Positions 30,001 through 36,000 of a DNA stretch of 64,000 bases are shown piece after piece. The position numbers were made by a program, and so were the translations under genes. Under the pieces are notes generated by a model, which saw only the letters and a program-made list of their open reading frames with translations, had not been told where the DNA came from and did not search any database. Numbering within the stretch: position 1 is the stretch's first letter; every line of letters starts with the position of its first letter. Source of the DNA: Nitrosopumilaceae archaeon (GTDB lineage: Archaea > Thermoproteota > Nitrososphaeria > Nitrososphaerales > Nitrosopumilaceae); the NCBI GenBank assembly GCA_965209085.1, contig OZ242376.1:608001-672000 (forward strand), in the 5' to 3' direction.

Positions 30001-33000
30001 ACAAATCTAAACTCTACAAACGTCACAATAGACCGCACAAACCCAGTTCAGATGAACCTGACCATATACAGCGACAATTCAAACTCTACTCTTGCAACAA
30101 TAAACGATACTCTAACCATAACAATTACCGCTAGTGAGGCACTCAAAGAGGCAAACGTTACGGTTCTTGGTGGCACATATGTGATGACAATAACTGGCAC
30201 CGTGGCAAACGCATCCCTGACTGTAAACTCTACTCATCCGGACGGACAAGTCACCTTTAACATCACAGCCTTTGATCTTGCAGGAAACAGCCTGACTGCA
30301 AACCAGACAAATCTAAACTCCTCAAACGTCACAATTGACAGCACAAATCCACAGCTGACAAACCTAACCATATACAGCAGCAATCAGAATATGTCACTTG
30401 CAAAGGCCGGAGATGTGATAAACATTACCCTTTATGCATCAGAGCAAATCAACAATGTGACTCTGTCAATCCTCAATAGCACCATCAACATGAGCATAAC
30501 AAACGATACTGCCACTGCAAACTATACGGTTGCACAAAATGATACAAACGGACCTGTATCATTCAACATTACAGCATATGATAACACGGACAATACGCTT
30601 ACCGTAACACAAAGCGACCTCACATCCGAGAATGTCATAACCGATACAATCAATCCGCAACTGGCAAACCTAACCATATACAGCAGCAACCCTGATGCAT
30701 CACTTGCAACCACAGGCAATACACTAAACATTACAATCACCGCAAACGAGGCACTGCAGGGGGCAAACGTCACTGTTCTAAATGCCACATATGTGATGAC
30801 CATAAACGGCACCACGGCAAACGCATCACTGACTGTAAATGCAAACAATACGGACGGACAAGTCACATTTAACATTACAGCATTTGATCTTGCAGGAAAC
30901 AGCCTTGTAACAAACCAGACGCAGCTAAACTCATCAAACGTCACAATAGACAAAAGTATACCTGGCGTGAGCAATCTAACCGTATACAGTAGCAATCAGA
31001 ATGCATCGTTTGCAAAGGCCGGAGATGTGATAAACATTACCCTGCGTGCATCAGAGCAAATCAACAATGTGACCCTGTCAATCCTCAACAGCACCATTGC
31101 CATGAGCATAACAAACGATACTGCCACTGCAAACTATACGGTTGAACAAAATGACACAAACGGACCTGTATCATTTAACATTACAGCATATGATAATACT
31201 GGCAACAAGTTTATCGTAACACAAAGTAGCATTATAACCGGCAGCGTTACAATTGATACAGCAGATCCGCAGCTGCAAACCCTGACCATATACAGCAGTA
31301 ACTCTGATGCATCACTTGCAACCACAGGCGACACACTAAACATTACAATTACCGCAAACGAGGCACTACAGGGGGCAAATGTCACTGTTCTAAATGACAC
31401 ATATGTGATGACCATAAACGGCACCACGGCAAACGCATCCCTGACTGTAAACCCTGCTCATCCTGATGGACAAGTCACATTTAACATCACAGCATTTGAT
31501 CTTGCAGGAAACAGCCTGACTGCAAACCAGACAAATCTAAACTCTTCAAACGTCACAATAGATGACACAAACCCCGAACTGACAAACCTGACCATATACA
31601 GCAGCAACTCTGATGCATCACTTGCAACCACAGGCGACACACTAAACATTACAATCACCGCAAACGAGGCACTACAGGGGGCAAACGTCACTGTTCTAAA
31701 TGCCACATATGTGATGACCATAAACGGCACCACGGCAAACGCATCCCTGATTGTAAATGATACACATCCTGAAGGAATAGTGACCTTTAACATCACAGCC
31801 TTTGATCTTGCAGGAAACATTCTGAGTGCAAATCACACAAATCTAAACTCTTCAAACGTCACAATAGACCGCACAAACCCACAGCTGATGAATCTGACCA
31901 TATACAGCGACAACCCTGTCCCATCCTTTGCAACCTTGAACGATAATCTGACCATAACAATTACCGCCAATGAGGCACTCAAAGCGGCAGACATTGCGGT
32001 TCTAGGTACAACCTATACAATGAACATATCTGGCACAACTGCAACTGCGACTGTAACAGTAACTGCACTATCTTCAGAGGGGAATGTCACCTTTGATATC
32101 ACAGCAGCTGATCTTGCAGAAAACACTCTGAGTGCAAATCACACAAATCTAAACTCTTCAAACGTCACAATAGACCGCACAAACCCACAGCTGATGAATC
32201 TGACCATATACAGCGACAACCATGTCCCATCCTTTGCAACCTTGAACGATAATCTGACCATAACAATTACCGCCAATGAGGCACTCAAAGCGGCAGACAT
32301 TGCGGTTCTAGGTACAACCTATACAATGAACATATCTGGCACAACTGCAACTGCGACTGTAACAGTAACTGCACTATCTTCAGAGGGGAATGTCACCTTT
32401 GATATCACAGCAGCTGATCTTGCAGGAAACACTCTGAGTGCAAATCAGATAAATCTAACATCTTCAAACGTCACAATAGACCGCACCGCACCAAGTGGTG
32501 TAAATCTCATAGTTCACAGCGACAATGCGGACCCGACGCTTACAAAGGCAGGCGATGTGATAAACATCACCCTAATGGCAGCAGAACCAATCATGAATGC
32601 AACTTTACAAATATTTGATAATGACAATATAACCATGACTGTAACAAATGATACTGCGTCTGCAAACATTCCCGTCCCGCAAAATGCTTCAAACGGACAG
32701 ATAATGTTCAACATTACAGCAGAAGATATCTCTGGCAATACATTTTCTGTAACACAGGCAAACATCACATCCGGCGAAGTCCGAGTTGATACAATAGATC
32801 CGAAACTGACAAACCTGAGCATATCCAGTGACAATTCAAACTCTACTATTGCAACCATAAACGATACTTTAACCATAACAATTACCGCCGATGAGGCACT
32901 CAAAGGGGCAAACGTTACGGTTCTAGGTACAACCTATACAATGAACATAAACAATGACACTGCAAGTGCAAACGTAACGGTAAACTCGACAAATCCTGAA

Positions 33001-36000
33001 GGAAACGTCACATTTAACATCACAGCCTTTGATCTTGCAGGAAACATTCTGAGTGCAAATCACACAAATCTAAACTCTTCAAACGTCACAATAGACCGCA
33101 CAAACCCACAGCTGATGAATCTGACCATATACAGCGACAACCATGTCCCATCCTTTGCAACCTTGAACGATAATCTGACCATAACAATTACCGCCAATGA
33201 GGCACTCAAAGCGGCAGACATTGCGGTTCTAGGTACAACCTATACAATGAACATATCTGGCACAACTGCAACTGCGACTGTAACAGTAACTGCACTATCT
33301 TCAGAGGGGAATGTCACCTTTGATATCACAGCAGCTGATCTTGCAGGAAACACTCTGAGTGCAAATCACACAAATCTAAACTCTTCAAACGTCACAATAG
33401 ACCGCACCGCACCAAGTGGTGTAAATCTCATAGTTCACAGCGACAATGCGGACCCGACGCTTGCAAAGGCAGGCGATGTGATAAACATCACCCTAATGGC
33501 AGCAGAACCAATCATGAATGCAACTTTACAAATATTTGATAATGACAATATAACCATGACTGTAACAAATGATACTGCGTCTGCAAACATTCCCGTCCCG
33601 CAAAATGCTTCAAACGGACAGATAATGTTCAACATTACAGCAGAAGATATCTCTGGCAATACATTTTCTGTAACACAGGCAAACATCACATCCGGCGAAG
33701 TCCGAGTTGATACAATAGATCCGAAACTGACAAACCTGAGCATATCCAGTGACAATTCAAACTCTACTATTGCAACCATAAACGATACTTTAACCATAAC
33801 AATTACCGCCGATGAGGCACTCAAAGGGGCAAACGTTACGGTTCTAGGTGAATTATATACAATGGCCATATCTGGCACAACTGCAACTGCTACTGTAACA
33901 GTAACTGCACTATCTTCAGAGGGGAATGTCACCTTTGATATCACAGCAGCTGATCTTGCAGAAAACACTCTGAGTGCAAATCAGATAAATCTAACATCTT
34001 CAAACGTCACAATAGACCGCACAGATCCCAAATTGACAGACCTGACAGTGTCTAGCAACAACCGTAACTCTGCCTTTGCAACCATAAACGATACTTTAAC
34101 CATAACAATTACCGCCAATGAGGCACTCAAAAATGCCAGTTTTACATCTCTAAATATCACCGATATTATGATCATAAACGGCTTCACTGCAAGTGTAAAC
34201 GTAACGGTAACTGTTGAAGCTCCCCAAGGGATCGTCAACTTTACCATCACCGCTTTTGATCTTGCAGGAAACAACCTGAGAGTAAACCAAACAAATAGCT
34301 CTAAAAACATCACAATAGACTCTGACATACCAACAGTGGGAATTCTGATTTTGAATAGCAGTAACGCCAATGCGTTACTTGCAAAGGCTGGAGACATGAT
34401 AAACATCACCTTGAGTGTATCTGAGGAAATCAACAACGCGACCCTATCCATCTTAAATCGCGGCCTCATCAACATGATTGTGGATAACATTACTGCCACT
34501 GCCAACATCATAGTTAAATCAAACGATAAAAACGGACCGGTTGAATTTACCATCACAGTATATGATATTGCCGGCAACACATTTAGCGTAACACAAGATT
34601 CCAACTCATCCCTCAACTTTGTAATCGATACGGCTGATCCAAGTCTGACAAACTTGGCCATATCCAGCAGCAACTCTAACCCTGCCCTTGCAACCATAGG
34701 CGATACCCTGACCCTAACAATCACCGCCGATGAGGCACTCAAAAAAGCCAACGTTACGGTTCTAGGTACAACCTATACAATGAACATAAACAATGACACT
34801 GCAAGTGCAAACGTAACGGTAAACTCGACAAATCCTGAAGGAAACGTCACATTTAACATCACAGCCTTTGATCTTGCAGGAAACATTCTGAGTGCAAATC
34901 ACACAAATCTAAACTCTTCAAACGTCATAATAGACTACACAGACCCAGTTTTGACAAACCTGATCATATCCAGCAGCAACCCCACCTCTACTCTTGCAAC
35001 CATAAACGATATTCTAACCATAACAATTACAGCCGATGAGACACTCAAAAAAGCAAACGTTACGATTCTAGGTACAACCCACATAATGCGCATAAACGGT
35101 AACACTGCAAGTGCAGACGTTACAGTAAACGGTCAAGACCCAGAAGGGCAGGTCACATTTAACCTCACAGCATTTGATCTTGCAGAAAACACCATGACTG
35201 AAGATCATACAAATCTAAACTCTGCAAACGTCACAATAGATTACACCATACCTGCAGTGGTCCACCTATCCGTGAACAGCAGCAACCCTGACCCATCGCT
35301 TGCAAAAGCTGATGATATACTAAACCTCACTTTGAGAGCATCAGAGCAAATCAATAATGCAACCGTGCAAATCATGGGCAATCTTATCAACATGAGCGTA
35401 AATAACGATACTGCCACTGCAAACGTTACGGTTTTACAAAACGGTACAAACGGAAATGCCACATTCACCATTACAACGTATGATAATGCCGGAAACGAGC
35501 TTGTCATAACGCAGGCAAGTCTCACATTCAGAAACGTCGTAATAGATACGGCAAACCCGCAGCTAGAAGATCTGAGAATATATAGTAATAATAACAGAAC
35601 CGATTATGCACAAACTGGCCAAATGTTAAACATTACAATTACCGTCGATGAGACACTCCAAAGTGCAAACATTACAATTCTAAACTCCACTTATACTATG
35701 ACAGTAAACGGCGCTGTGGCAAATGCAACTCTGATCATAGGTGAAAATCCTCAAGAAGGACTTGTATCCTTTAACATTACAACATTTGATCTTGCAGGAA
35801 ACAATATGAGTGCAAACCACACGAATCTGGAATCCTCAAACGTCATTATAGACAACATACAGCCTACAATAAGTCTTATCGGAGCCGAGACGGTGTTAGT
35901 GTCGCTTGGTATACTGTATGCTGATGAGGGAGCAAGTACAGCCGATGTGGACCCTGAATATGGAAACACCATAATATATACAATCTTTAGAAACATGACG

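Noticed and set aside
1-35860. CRISPR array
   Set aside because: The repeats are long, in-frame and coding, with no short repeat-spacer pattern and no cas genes.
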